This document shows, piece by piece, positions 1 through 17,240 of a DNA stretch of 20,000 bases; positions within the stretch are counted from its first letter, which is position 1, and each line of letters opens with the position of its first letter. The stretch spans positions 50,048-70,047 of the forward strand of contig JBNGIO010006232.1 of the NCBI GenBank assembly GCA_049999805.1, in the 5' to 3' direction. Below the pieces are notes generated by a model. That model did no database searches, was not told where the DNA came from, and saw only the letters and a list, made by a program, of their open reading frames with translations. Source of the stretch: Folioceros fuciformis. Its lineage: Eukaryota. A program made the position numbers and the translations under genes.

Positions 1-93
1 CCGGAGTGGGATGCCAGCATTCCATCAGACAGGCCGCACTTGGAGGAGCGAAACCACACCACGAAACAGGTATGCGAGCATGATGTTAGCTAC

Positions 94-510
94 CTTCTTC
101 AAAGGCTCGTATGCGCCCATGCGTATGCTAGAATAGGACGCCTCCCTCATCAAAGCCGCACCTGTGCCCTTCCACAAACCTGACACTCCCTCATCTCGGG
201 CAATTTGGAGAATGCCTGGAAACATTCTCCGATAGCGCCTGCCCTGCGGAAAGCGCAGCGGCCAAGTGAACCCAGTGCGGACGCGCACGCAGCAAATCTG
301 TCATCATCCTCTCAAAGTGGTTACCGTAGGTGATGAGCAACACGAAACCTGGTGAGATGAAGCAAGAGCACCGTCCAGCTGCATCCGGACTTTAATCACA
401 TTGACGGGATTGGTGACGGCTGCTCCACACATGTTGCTTATCCCCGCCAGCGCGAAAATCAGCAAATCACTCTGCGTCTGTCCCTTGTCCGAAAGGGTCA
501 GCCCTGCCAT
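94..510 (-). CDS. Mitochondrial substrate carrier (SLC25/MCF; UCP/dicarboxylate-carrier-like), 5' exons only; gene runs off the window's left edge
   Basis: Exon 510-349 MAGLTLSDKGQTQSDLLIFALAGISNMCGAAVTNPVNVIKVRMQLDGALASSHQ, a phase-0 GT..CAG intron, then exon 243-94 GRRYRRMFPGILQIARDEGVSGLWKGTGAALMREASYSSIRMGAYEPLKK. This carries the carrier signature Px[DE]xx[KR]xRxQ (here PVNVIKVRMQ), EGxxGLWKG and the UCP-type REASYSSIRMG.YEP.K. A possible upstream coding exon 723-669 (MEEQASPSPSLALKAPSA, GTGAGT donor) splices in frame to an acceptor at 527. Confidence 0.9.
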
Positions 511-1235
511 TGCACACAGTACACGAGCTGTCACACACACAATTGATCCGTGAAAACACTCCTTCCACTCACGGTCTGCAAGAGGACGGATGCTCCCGTT
601 GCACGGCTGCCTCACACTCAATTCTCCACCAAAACTACACAAGCTGGAATCCGATGGACGAAACTCACCCGCGGAAGGAGCCTTGAGCGCCAAGCTCGGG
701 GAAGGGGAAGCCTGCTCCTCCATCAGAAAAGCGCGCACCGGGAAGCTCCAGGCCGAGATCTACAACAAAACACTTCACAAAACAGGGGAGTGAGGATCTC
801 AGCCTACAACACTGCAGCGCGGCAATCCGATCCACGAGCAATTCCCGGAGCAGAGCGGATTGGAGCGGGCGGAAATGCGGAGGCGGTAACGCAGCGAGCT
901 GCCAGTGTGAGCAGCAGGGGGAGAGATGGACGCACCTGAGGGCCGGACAGCAGGCGGGAGCGGTGGCCGCGAGAAAGGGGGTGAAGGGAGGCGGGAAGAA
1001 GCGGGTAGGGGCAGGGGTGGCCATGGCATCGCGTGAAGCCGTGGCCGTAGCAATAGCGACCATGGCTGTAGCCAGTGGCGTCCCGTCGCGATGAAAGCGA
1101 AATATGCGAGCGAGTGAGTGAAGTGAGGCGTTCAGTCCCAGTGTGGGCCAAGGGCAGGGGCCAGGCCATGGCCAAGGCCAAGGCCGCACAACACCCGAAC
1201 CAACGAAGGATCAAAGAATGAGCCAATCACCATTT

Positions 1236-1268
1236 CGTTAGGCGTTAGGCGTTAGGTGTCAGGCGTCA
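1236..1268. repeat. Short 7-bp tandem repeat (CGTTAGG)x3 plus degenerate copies
   Basis: cgttagg cgttagg cgttagg tgtcagg cgtca, read directly, upstream of the carrier gene. Confidence 0.7.
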
Positions 1269-1928
1269 ATATTCCATCCTCGTCAGCGTGGTCCGTACGC
1301 GTCATCCTCATACTGTATGAGCGGCAAGCTGAATCAGGCGTACGGGTTGCGCCTTTGCCTGATAAAAGATATGAATACCATACATACCTGGTGGGTGGCA
1401 GGCGAGAGCTGGCCTCCAACACAAGCTTTGCTTCGGGTTGCCGGTGACAGACTCCCATACATGTCCTGACGGAGTGTTGGAACCAGGGTTACACATGAAG
1501 GCTTTATTAGCTGTAAGCCTGAACATAACCTCGGAATTTCTTGGTCCAAGCTCGTAACATTACCTTACCTTGGATAACATACTTTATCACAAAGTGTCCC
1601 TTTTGAGTATAATTTCATCCACCTCAAAGTGCAAGGAGTAGGGTCGACCGGGATTGACCCCCTTTATTGAAGCCCTCTCTTCCAGCATTTAAAGGTGTTA
1701 GACTTCAGTTTTGTGGGAAGAGAGCGTAGGAATGCTCGCGGTGCGTGACGTATTTGGAGGAAAATTGGGGCAGTAAGATTCATAACGCGATGCAAAATCC
1801 ACAAACAACACTTGGCTTGCTGAGTGAGGGGCTCGAGAACTAGTTGTTAACCAGCGTGTAGGAACCTCATCGGTCGATCAAGCCTCACTGGCCCCCAAAG
1901 CCTCCTAAAAGCTCCTCAATCATCTTTG

Positions 1929-4900
1929 TCAGCTCAAACTACCTTGGAGGTGAGATCTTGGGCTCCAGATCCGGATGTTGAAGTCTGCACAGCAAGTCGC
2001 TAGGATAGGCTCTTGTGGGTGAAACACGGCAGCACACACTCTGTCCGTGTGCCCTTCCAGCCGTTGGATCAGCTCTGCACTGCCCTGCAACACTCCGACC
2101 AAGCACCAATAAGAGGTACGCATTTGACATACGGGGTCTCCTTCCACTGACGTAAGCGTTTCGGCTGCTTACAGGAGGTCCACTGACGTCAAAAATGTAT
2201 GCGTGGTTATCCGCACTTCCTGTTGCCACCAGCAAGGATTCCTGGACGGTGATGTCCTGGAATGACCTGCTCGCACTCAACCATGTGTTAACCAAACAGT
2301 AGGAAGCGCGTGGGTATCAAAATGCATCAAGTTACAGTGCATGTGAAACTCAGGGGTCTTACTCGGTTTCTTGGTTCCATAGTCTGTGATCTCCGTTTCC
2401 AGACAGAGTCTCCTGCTGCTTCACTGATCTCTTCTTCAAGGTGTGGTGAACTGCATACAAAATTTGTCAAACGAAATAGCCTAATCCACCGGATGCAGTC
2501 CCTATGAACATCACATGGCTTACAGGTGTGGCCTTGAAAGAGCGAACTTTTGATAGACCAGTTCTTCGTCCGTGCTCCCTTGATAGCATGCACCAACTTC
2601 AACCCACCCATGTGAAGTTGTGGCTGCTCGATTACACTGAAGTTGTCATATACTCTCAATACTGCCATTCAGAAACACGATTCCCAGTCAGAGTGATCCG
2701 GAGACACGTACGTGATTGCGCATGTTGCCTGAGGCTAAGGCTACACACTCACCATTGTCGTAGCTGTTCACAGCAATATGCCGTCCATCGTCTGCTCCAT
2801 GAGCTGCAAAAGAGAGCATTTGCACAACAATTTCCAGTGGAAGGTTGGTCAATGTGTCTCTCAGAACAGGAAAAAGCTGGACCAATGACCAGGTGAGGGA
2901 GAGAGAGGTCACACGGACGAGAGAAGGGATGGGCAAGACGGAGGCACGGCATTAGTGAAACAAGACCTTCTAGCCAATCTTATTTTTTTTGGGATGCTGA
3001 GGATGTGGAAAGATGGAGGGAGGGCATGGATTGCAAAAGGCCCTCACTTCTTGAAGCACTCCCAGATCATATGCACTTTGATGATAGACTTCCACTTTCT
3101 CTGGCAGAAAGATCACTGAGACACCAAGGACTGGGGATGGATACCGTCAGGCGCGAGTGACATATCCAAAGATGTGATGGGTTTGTGTGTATCTTCATTG
3201 TAGACAGTTTCTACACAAGCCTTTGAGCGTAAATCCCACAACTTCATCGCCCCATGTGAATCTCCAGATAAGCAGGCAATGCCATTGCGGTACAGAATCA
3301 ATGCACTCACTTTTGCATCATTATTCAGCACCATAACTATCCCACCAGTAGTATGCAATCTCCGATCAAGGACGTATATGTGCTTCGCGGTACTACCAAC
3401 TAGAAATACGTCATTATCTGCAAGTAGCACAGCGAGGCAAGGTCAACTTTTGCCACAACCTCACACATGTACTATTAATGCCTCCCACAAGAGGCACAGC
3501 GGCACCATGTACCTGCGGGGTTGAAGCGGACTGATTGAATGAAACCCTGCAACTCGTTGTATGAGTGCACCGATTTGCCTTTCACCACATCCCACTCCTT
3601 TACACAGTGATCGAACCCTCCAGACAGAAGCACGGTCCCATCATTTGACCAGCAAATATCAGATACATTTAACTGATGTTCTTGAAGACAAAGAACCTGT
3701 CACACGATGGCCAGAGAGCTGAAAAGTAAGATGGGACCAAAAAACAAAGGCTCTGAACAAGAATCCACGTACATGAGATCCCCTGGAAACAGCGGCTCTT
3801 TTTGCGTTTCAAATCCCATACAAAAGGACTTTAACCAAAGGGCAAAAAAAACCAAGTCACGAACAGACAACCCTGAAAAGGAATCCAAGACCAGGAGAGG
3901 AAAAGAGATCCCTAGAATCAACACCTCTCTTTGCGCTTTTACATCCCACACGCGAACACTTTGATCAAAAGATCCAGAAGCGAGAAGCCCAGTTGTCCTT
4001 GAGAACTGAGCAGCATAAACGGAGCCTGAATGTCCCTACAGCACATAACAGAGCACAGGCCACCATACCTGATTAGTGTTTGGGACGAAATCAAGGTCGT
4101 GCTTTCGGACTGCATCAGAAGAGACAGTCCACAAATGTCTATGGCAGTGACCGTAGCCAGTATGTAACCCAAGTCCTTGGCGACCATGCGGTCCTTCCTT
4201 CACTCATACCCAATAGTTGAAGGGGCATCATATTTTCAAAAAGACTTTCTAGATGCACACTAGAGACAGCCGGCAAAGGCAGTGCCAAGTCTACAAACTT
4301 CTAAGCGGTTAGGACATTGTGATTAAGAAAACAGATTCACTGGGACAGACAGGACCTTGAAGTCAAACAAATGGAGGAACTGCCTGCCATCGGCCTTCCG
4401 GTTGGACTGTGTGCCACCTACTCCTGAAAGAAGAGGCAAATCAAGAACCAGTGAAAACGACCTAAGCTTGCCTTGTCGGTATGTGCAAAAAACTGTGAGC
4501 CCCTAAGAGCCAGGCTGGAACTGTCAGAGACGAGGTAAAGGATCCGAAGGCAGGAATGGGTGCAGGAGTCCACCTACCTTGATGCACAGCCTTCTGAGCT
4601 CCAAGGTCAGGAAGACGAACACCATCCACATGCTCAGATGGCACAGTCTCCGGAGTGAGTATGCTGTCCATGTCGAAACGATTGACAGCCTTCCCCATAT
4701 GCTCAATGCATGCACTGTGCCTGGACCAGCCCGCACAAAGCCAATCAGGTACGGCGTGCAAAAGGCAATGGAATGATCGTACACCGACACTGAAAAGGAA
4801 AGCTCTCCTACTCACCTCACGCTGAGGTCGTACACGGCCTTTTTCAAACCACGGTTCTCCTTCTCGAGCTGCTCCAATCGCAATTTCAACTGCTTGTTCT

Positions 4901-5009
4901 CCTTGAGCACCAGGTCGAGGTTGCTCTTGTAGTAGGCTTCCGAGCCTGACGTCTTCATGCTCTGGCCGCCACCAGACAAAGGCACTCGGGAGGAGGACGA
5001 TGAGGCCAT
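1929..5009 (-). CDS. WD40-repeat (beta-propeller) protein with N-terminal coiled coil, ~499 aa, 11 exons
   Basis: Exons 5009-4816, 4720-4578, 4423-4356, 4035-3925, 3696-3513, 3417-3145, 2803-2753, 2661-2524, 2450-2363, 2266-2173, 2084-1929. All introns are GT-AG and phase-compatible, and the total of 1500 nt ends in TGA. WD repeats: GHSGSVYAAQFSRTTGLLASGSFDQSVRVWD, EHQLNVSDICWSNDGTVLLSGGFDHCVKEWD, LSGDSHGAMKLWD, VATGSADNHAYIFD, GHTDRVCAAVFHPQEPILATCCADFNIRIWS. N-terminal heptad pattern: LDLVLKENKQLKLRLEQLEKENRGLKKAVYDL. Confidence 0.9.
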
Positions 5010-5639
5010 GGCTGCGACCGTCCACTCTCCTCCCCGAAACAACACCTTCAGCAGCTCATCGCCAATCCAGGGACACAAAACGGTGCGACGATGCCTCCCA
5101 GCTGCATCAACAAGCCCAAATCACTCGGCTGACACCATGGACGTAGACGATGCGCAGTGAACGTCGGAGAGCGGAAATTCACGTGCTTGTCTCAAGGATT
5201 GGCAGGAGAGGAGAATTACGGCGGGCTTTACCTCGGCTAGCGCCTGGGAATTGAGTGATCCGGGAGTGACAAGAGTGTGGGAAGCGAAGAGACCCCGGAT
5301 TCCATCAGGCGAGAGCAATGCCGAGTAAGCAAAGCTGGAGGTCCCACACTGACAAGTTGATTTGGACCCCGGAGGAGAGCCCCAGGTGAAGCTACAAGAT
5401 AGAGCACGCAAGCAGCGCAATTGCAGTGCGATCGTATCCGTGAGAGCGGCATCCGACCAGAACTGTGCCAAGCGTAGCGCGATTTTAACAAGCCATGGTG
5501 TGCGGCTCGCCGTTACCGCGGCGGTTAGTCGGCACCTGGAAGGCATCCTGTTAGTCCAGACTAAGAATATGCTCAACTCATCATTTCTACCCGCCTACCA
5601 ACAAGCATATGGCGCTTAATTCCAAGGATATTACCCTAC

Positions 5640-6440
5640 TTTTTATAACTTACAAAAAAATAGTTTTTTATATCAAATTTTTATATGACTTTATACCTCA
5701 GTAGAGTAGGTAGAGCGTCAGTCCCTGGAGCTGCGGTTCTTGCGTTCCGTCCATACCCAAGGGATAGGGCTCTTCATTAGGTATAATAATACATATATAT
5801 TTTTATTACTGAAATACTTTTTTTAAAGACAGAGAATAATTTTAACTCCTTCAAATAGTTTTTAATCTAAGATATAAAAAATTAAACAAAATCATGACAT
5901 CTTCAACTTGGAAATATAACTATCATTTCTTGTCTTCTATAAAATAATATATACGCAGTGATATTTTATAAAATAATACCTCTAAATTTTTTAGTCCATG
6001 ACTAGCTTGGGTGGTTGGGTTGGTAGTTTATGGAATGCTAAAAATAGACTTATCTTCCTATACTAATAGATAATAAATTATTTTTGGGTCAAGTTTAACT
6101 TATTATTTTATTATGTGATTGGGTTTCTTGTCAAAAAAAATTATCTAGTTTGAAAGGTTAGAAGAAGGTTGATGTTAGCCTGACTTATGTAGAGACAAAA
6201 GAAACTTATTTTATGTTAAAATACATTATAAATGAATATTTATTTAATTATATAATAAATATTATTTAACCTAAATTTTATAAAAGTTACCATAGAAAAG
6301 AAGGGTATCCAAAGTAAGAAGTCTAGGATTAAGCATTCTACGTATACTTTCAAAGCAAGTAGCTATGTATAGGCAAAAAAAATATATACCTTTGCAGCAA
6401 GTATCTATGAATATATAGCTCAAAGATGCCTTCAGAGCAA
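5640..6440. other. Very AT-rich intergenic island, possibly a decayed non-autonomous element
   Basis: Abrupt switch from GC-balanced genic DNA to long A/T runs with no credible ORF. GCAAGTA(G/T)CT occurs three times near its right edge (~6355-6447). Confidence 0.4.
5692..5766 (+). pseudogene. Degenerate tRNA-like / tRNA-derived SINE-head-like sequence
   Basis: A 75-nt GC-richer patch inside AT-rich DNA. It has A-box/D-arm-like AGTAGGTAGAGCG, stem CAGT/GCTG around a 7-nt loop CCCTGGA, B-box-like GTTCCGTCC, and ends TATACCT/AGGGATA pairing 6 of 7. Several invariant tRNA positions are violated. Confidence 0.3.
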
Positions 6441-7045
6441 GTAGCTGGGTGCACAAGTCCCACCACCAGATCCGTCCTTAGTCGACTCTAATAGACTACT
6501 TCTTCGACTCCATGGCAAAAATCCGACTCAATGGGAAAGTGTCTAGAGTGGGGCCCGCGAGGGTGCTCATCGAAGGCCGCGATTAGTATGCGTCCTGCTC
6601 TAAGCTGCAACCAAGTGGACGCTCCTCATCAACTTGTCCGTACTGTCAGGTGCGAGTCCCAAACCGATCGTCACCCGTGTGAAGTACACAATTCGCGGTT
6701 TTAGTAATAGTCTGCAGGTGCTGATGATACGATGCGACCACATCCTATCAGCTGCCCCGGATGCGGTAGAGGATTTCATTGGAGTGGCAATCTCCTTAGC
6801 CCCGTCTCAGCTCGCCGGCACGGCCTCGATCGGTGGGGCAGCATGCTGAACAACTGTCCGCAGGCTAGTTGCAACCCACAGGCGGCAGTGACATCACTGG
6901 CTATCTAGTGTTACATCCGTCGAAGAGCCTAGCGACCAGAAGCTATCGACAACCAAACGCTACAGCTAGCTGAGAATGCTCAACTTACTGAAAGAATGAG
7001 AAATAACAATTGCACCAGGGAACAGTAACGTAGCTTCAAGTGACG

Positions 7046-9669
<2,624 letters not shown>

Positions 9670-10567
9670 GACCGTGAGTCTACTGACGTTGGACTTCCTC
9701 AGAATTTTTCAAAAGACCTGGTAATGTGCTCCCTACTTTTCATCAACAGGTTTGTCACTCACTTCTCACCCTACACCAGACACAAACACTCAATCCCGCC
9801 AGATATCCGCCTACAAACGTCCAACTCTGCTACAGGGATCACAGTAGTTTCTCAATTGCGAAACGCGTCGCACGACGTAGACCTTCAAATCAGGACATTA
9901 CACAGGAATGAGAACTACAACCAGATCTTTAAGATCGCTGCAAAGACAGACACCTTCGCACGAGCGCAACACCGTGATCAAACACCAACGCTTCTCAAAT
10001 CACTCACTCCTTGATCTCGTTCCCTCACCTTGGCAATCGAAGCGCTTCCTGTAAACCGCGTCTCTAGAGAAGGATTTCCGTGGCCTTGAGCAGGGAGCAA
10101 TGCGTCTGCACAGGGGCAAATCGCAATGAGATCGCAGCCCTGCTCCGAGACTACGCGCGCCCTAAGCGCAACAGCAGCAGCTCCCGTCGCATGCACCGAC
10201 TCCGAACGCTTGGCCGCGGACCAAAAAGATGGAGCAATTTGACAACCGCGCAAACAGGCAGCTCCTCTCACGACCGCGTTCGACAGGGAGCAACGTGCGG
10301 TGAATCAACAGCGCACACGACGGAAGTCGGGCAAGTTGCTCTGAGCAACCGGACTATAAATCCCTCTAACAAGGCAAACAAAGGGGTAGAGGCCTCGGAC
10401 AGCTTCAGCTGCTCGTGGGACGAGTACTGTATGCAACTTGTAATGTTCGACACTTGAAATAACACACGACGGCTAAACTACCGGTAATAACTCGGGTCTT
10501 GGCGTTATGCCGTGTCGGTATGTTTATTCATCGGTAGGCGCCTGGCCCCAAAAGCCGTATAAACGTT

Positions 10568-13323
<2,756 letters not shown>

Positions 13324-13502
13324 TCCTTCCACCGCCGTGAGCATGGCACGCGATTCCGATGAAGCTATGTGCCCAGAATTCGCTGTGGAGTCCAGCTCGC
13401 GGCGTAGCGCTTCCAGCAACGAAAACACGTTGGATGACGAGGCAGCGAGTAGTTCGTTTCAGCACGCTGCGCTGATGCAGCAGGAAAGCTCGGTGACGAG
13501 AC

Positions 13503-13508
13503 CACGTG
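13503..13508. promoter_or_regulatory. G-box/ABRE-like CACGTG ~180 bp upstream of the citrate synthase ATG
   Basis: ACCACGTGAC (ACGTGG on the minus strand). A 6-mer could be a chance match. Confidence 0.25.
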
Positions 13509-13574
13509 ACTACGCCAAAGCCCGCTGATCCCGCCAACGTATGTACATAAGGATGTACTCTAAGGTGCCAATAA

Positions 13575-13693
13575 CAATAACAAACAGCAACTAACACAAT
13601 GGTGGGTCACAATAACAAACAGCATCTAAGGTTTAATAGGGGGTCTCACCCGGGGTGTCATCCTAACAAACAGCATCTAAGGTTTGATAGGGG
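13575..13693. repeat. Three direct copies of TAACAAACAGCA(A/T)CTAA, resembling Harbinger-type element ends with TAA target sites; includes a 48-bp mini element at 13630-13677
   Basis: Copies end at 13594, 13629 and 13680. Segments 13613-13642 and 13664-13693 match at 29 of 30 nt. A fourth related copy (AACAAACAGAAACTAAGGTTT) lies at 17919-17939. Confidence 0.75.
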
Positions 13694-14499
13694 TTTCAAA
13701 CGTCGACCGAGTTCGACTGTATACAGACCTGGGTAGAAGCCCGAGTTCACAAAAGCGGCCACCCGAGAACTGAAAACGTGAGAACTTTGAAACCATCCTA
13801 TTTACGTCACAAGCGGGATTTGGGATCAACCTAACTTGCATCTATGAACGCGACCGAAACGACTCGTCTTGTGCCAAATTTGAAATGGCTGCTCCCATAT
13901 TTTGCCCTCATCCTGTACTCCCAGCTACCATCAGTCTTTACCACTTGAAGCTATCGTATGACACCTTGCCATTTTTTATAAGGATACAAGACGTGAAGCG
14001 GGGAACAAGAAGAAATGCCCCTGAGATTTTGACATTGACAATCTACTATTCGCATAACCTGAAGTAGTAGCTACAAAGATATACCAGATATCTATCACGG
14101 GATGATCAAGCTTCACAGGAGTCTTAAACAAGACCTGATGGCTCCGAGGATGAGGTTGCCCATCTATCGACAACGTGCCTCTCTCCACCTTCTCTGGTCG
14201 GCTATCAGTGTGTCTCCAAAGGTTAGGCTGTTGATTTGGTTTCTTTTTCAAGCATGCTTCCCTACGACGGACCAGTGGGATGGGCTACTTGTGGCAGTAG
14301 GGGAAAAATTTTGCAGGATGTGCATTGTGGGTGCACCAAACAAAAGTCAACACCTCTTCTTCTAATGTGCCTTAAGAAGTTTAGGGGGAGATCGCCAACT
14401 AGTTGCAGTGCCTCCTCCTAGTAGCAAATGTTCTCATCAAGGAATAGACAACCCTTTTTGGACTTAGAGAGTCCTTTGGCAAGCCGTTACTCTAGTTTC

Positions 14500-15480
14500 A
14501 TGGTGGGGCCTATTGCGGAGCTCCTGCCTCTCGAGTTTATGGTGCAACAGGACAGCAATGGTTTACGGTGGAAAAGAACAAGTGTCATTTAAATCCTTCT
14601 TATAGAGAATATGGGGGCAAGTTTTAATCGCTGCAAAGGGAATAAGAACAATGTCTCCAAGGAAATTCAAGTACAAGAATTGGAGACAAGCTAGTTTCCT
14701 CACCTCAAGGAGTGAGACAAGGTGGAACCACACATGCCTTTGGAGGGGTTAATATCTCCTCGATGGTCCCAATGTCAATTGAATGTGCCCTTATTGATGC
14801 ACAATGCTCTTTGTAGGTGCTATTTCAGAGGGTATCAAGCTTTCCATTCGTTGATATCTAAGCTCAATGCCATCATTCTTCGGTGGTTCTAGCACAAACA
14901 AATGCCTAAGTTTCACAAATAGATGCAAGGGTTGAGCATGGGTTGGAGGATTACCTTGCAACATTTTCTTTCTCACAATAGGAAGAAGAAGGAGATGCAC
15001 AATCATAACCACCACCACCTCACCACCATCATCACTAAGGAACACCTCCCTCGACTCTAGCAACTCATAGTGATACCAACCCGAGTGGTCTCCACCCACG
15101 ACGTTCATAACTAACAACTCGGAACAACCTAAATCTAAGGTGACATCCAATCCCCTAAATTACTAGCTCAAAGCAAACCTAGCTATCCAGCCGCAAAGAA
15201 TTCCAAGGCAACCCTGGAGTTGCAAAGGGACATGTTGCAGGCATTGATCCAATAGAAAGACCATGAAATATTGTTACGAAGGGTAGATCTGGATATGCAC
15301 CAATAAGAATTGACAGCATGACACCAAGCTCAATCATTGAAGCTTGGTCACCAAATGGATATTGCTTGCTTCACTGCAGAGGAAGCCAACAAGGGGGTAA
15401 AACTACAAGCAAAAGCTAAGAATAGGTGGTACACGTTGGTGTTAGCTTTTTGTGAGCAACAACACCGCTCTACAGGCTAG
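14500..15480 (+). pseudogene. Possible remnant of the Harbinger second ORF (DNA-binding protein), convergent with the transposase
   Basis: Stop-interrupted protein-like frames: ...WKRTSVI*ILLIENMGASFNRCKGNKNNVSKEIQVQEL..., a Pro/His-rich linker, and helical ...EEANKGVKLQAKAKNRWYTLVLAFCEQ. The assignment rests mainly on position within the element. Confidence 0.3.
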
Positions 15481-15970
15481 CTTCAACTCATTTTGGAGCT
15501 TTGAAAGTCAAAGGAAGAGATCAGTAGATTTTTGAAGTCTATGTCTGAGTTAGGTCTTTAAGTTTGCCAACAATTTGCGTATAAATCACTTTATCCTTTG
15601 CTTTTATTCAACATGAACGTTTTCATGTTGCCAGATTTTGTGAAAGCCTGAATGACAACAAATTGATAAAGCTATGGTTGAAGAGTGTCTGAGATTTCAA
15701 AAATGGCCTTCAAGAGTGCACTTTCTATGTAGATCTCAATGACATCTTTCATCTAAATGTTCATGTATCTTGTTTCGTTTTCTCTAGAGGCCAAAATTTG
15801 ACATTATAGTTGCTAGTTTTCAAAGCTGATATCACATTACACTTATTAAGATCCATGTTGTTTCATTCAAGCACACAAATGCTTTAGCGTCAAAGGACAG
15901 CGACAAAGTTCAGACATAGTATAGCTAGAGTACATGGTTCAAACAAATACCCTATTATCGTTTACTTGCT

Positions 15971-17180
15971 TCAACCATGGAGGAGAAATCCTCCTAGACG
16001 CCTATGAAACTCAATCACTGCTTCTATAGTTGCCTCTTATAGTGCTCTTCTAGTAACATGAGCATTAGCTTCACCTATAGGTGGAGCATTATGAGGATTA
16101 ACAATCTCACTAGTCTGTATAGGGGACAATAGCATATCCTTTTTATGTCCACCAGTCTTGTCTACGTATAACATACTTATGTAGAAGTGCACACACTTTA
16201 ACCCACTTTATTAGCCATATATGGTCCGATGTGGTCTTCAATTGTATACATAGTTCTCTCAAATTGTACTATCTAGATTTCAAAATTCTTATGCAATGCT
16301 CGTTGATGTATCCCACCTTAGCGATGCAAATGTTGAAATCCACTTTATCCTGGTTACCAAATGTATTCTTGTATGTAGCAATAAGATGGCGAGCATTAAC
16401 ATATCTTGAATCACTTAGGAGATATTGTTCATGCTTAAAGGCGTGGTGCTCATTGACATGCTTTTCAAGCTTACTTCTACGGAGACATGTAATATCTACT
16501 CAGGATCCATGATGGCTTGCGAACCACAATAAAATGTTGAAGTTAGAGGCTCGAGATGGAAGAATGACAAATAAGATTTCCAGTTAGGCCAAGTTTCAAG
16601 AGTGATGTACCTCCCGAGATGTATAAGATTTGACGTTATCTGACACATACAACCTATGCATTCATTGAGTACCTGGTCTTGCAATCATAATAAAACAGAC
16701 CTTCATTTTTGGGACATTGGGTCAATGACAAGGTGGTGNNNNNNNNNNAAAACAGACCTTCATTTTTGGGACATTGGGTCAATGACAAGGTGGTGCCATC
16801 TATAACACAAACAACCTATGCATTCATTGAGTACCTGGTCTTGCAATCATTATAAAACAAACCTTCATTTTTGGGACATTGGTTCAATGACAAGGTGGTG
16901 CCATCTATAAGGCCCACATATCCCGAGAAGCCTTTGTGGCCGAAATTTGCTTCAATTGTCCATCTCTAAGTAGGAGAAGACAATACCAAGAAGAAATCTA
17001 GTGTGGACTCAACGGCTAAGATACATCTGTGGGTAAAATCAATGACACTTCCAACACTGAAACCCTACTAATGCATAAATCGATTAATTCCTACCCCATT
17101 GCCGGTAGCTCAATTTATCCAAGCATATGGCCAATGATAGAGGTAATTTTGTTTGTTATGCTTATGCTTAAGATGGGCTA
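15971..17180 (-). pseudogene. PIF/Harbinger (HARBI1-like, DDE_Tnp_4) transposase pseudogene
   Basis: Hand translation through stops and frameshifts: LAICLDKL..GNG..GFSVGSVIDFTHRCILA..GFSGYVGLIDGTTLSL.QCPKNEG..DCKTRYSMNA*VVC..(intron 16610-16517)..GHHGS*VD..EQYLLSDSRY..DFNICIAKVGYINEHCIRILKSR*YNLREL..WVKVCALLHK. These are the canonical IDGT / GS.xD / YLLxDxxY / FN / E..IG.LK.RW / C..LHN motifs in degenerate form. Confidence 0.9.
16643..16909. repeat. 105-bp tandem duplication inside the transposase, spanning a 10-N gap
   Basis: Unit 16805-16909 is repeated from 16643 with a few substitutions. Segments 16692-16738 and 16749-16795, either side of the gap, are identical 47-mers. Confidence 0.85.
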
Positions 17181-17240
17181 CCTATGAGACTTATAAATAA
17201 ACTATTAAAAATACTTTATTCCGAATAATATATATATACA

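Noticed and set aside
550-1226. Several overlapping long ORFs on both strands upstream of the carrier gene
   Set aside because: GC-rich, low-complexity promoter/5'UTR sequence with no recognisable protein motifs; long ORFs are expected by chance here.
1236-1268. TTAGGC-containing repeat as a telomere-like or CRISPR-like array
   Set aside because: The unit is 7 bp with only three perfect copies and no spacers, and the context is eukaryotic. It is an ordinary minisatellite.
1559-1670. TACCTTACCTTGG resembling the U1 snRNA 5' end, and a small GGGTC/GACCC hairpin
   Set aside because: No downstream U1 stem-loops or Sm site in the right arrangement.
3045-3102. Possible extra WD40 exon inside the long intron 3144-2804
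   Set aside because: The best acceptor gives an in-frame stop and a very short upstream intron. The model is in frame without it.
17144-17160. TAATTTTGTTTGTT as the left TIR of a nested element pairing with 17919-17934
   Set aside because: The match is poor, and the bases read as transposase codons (HNKQ, just before the QLA-like motif) on the minus strand.
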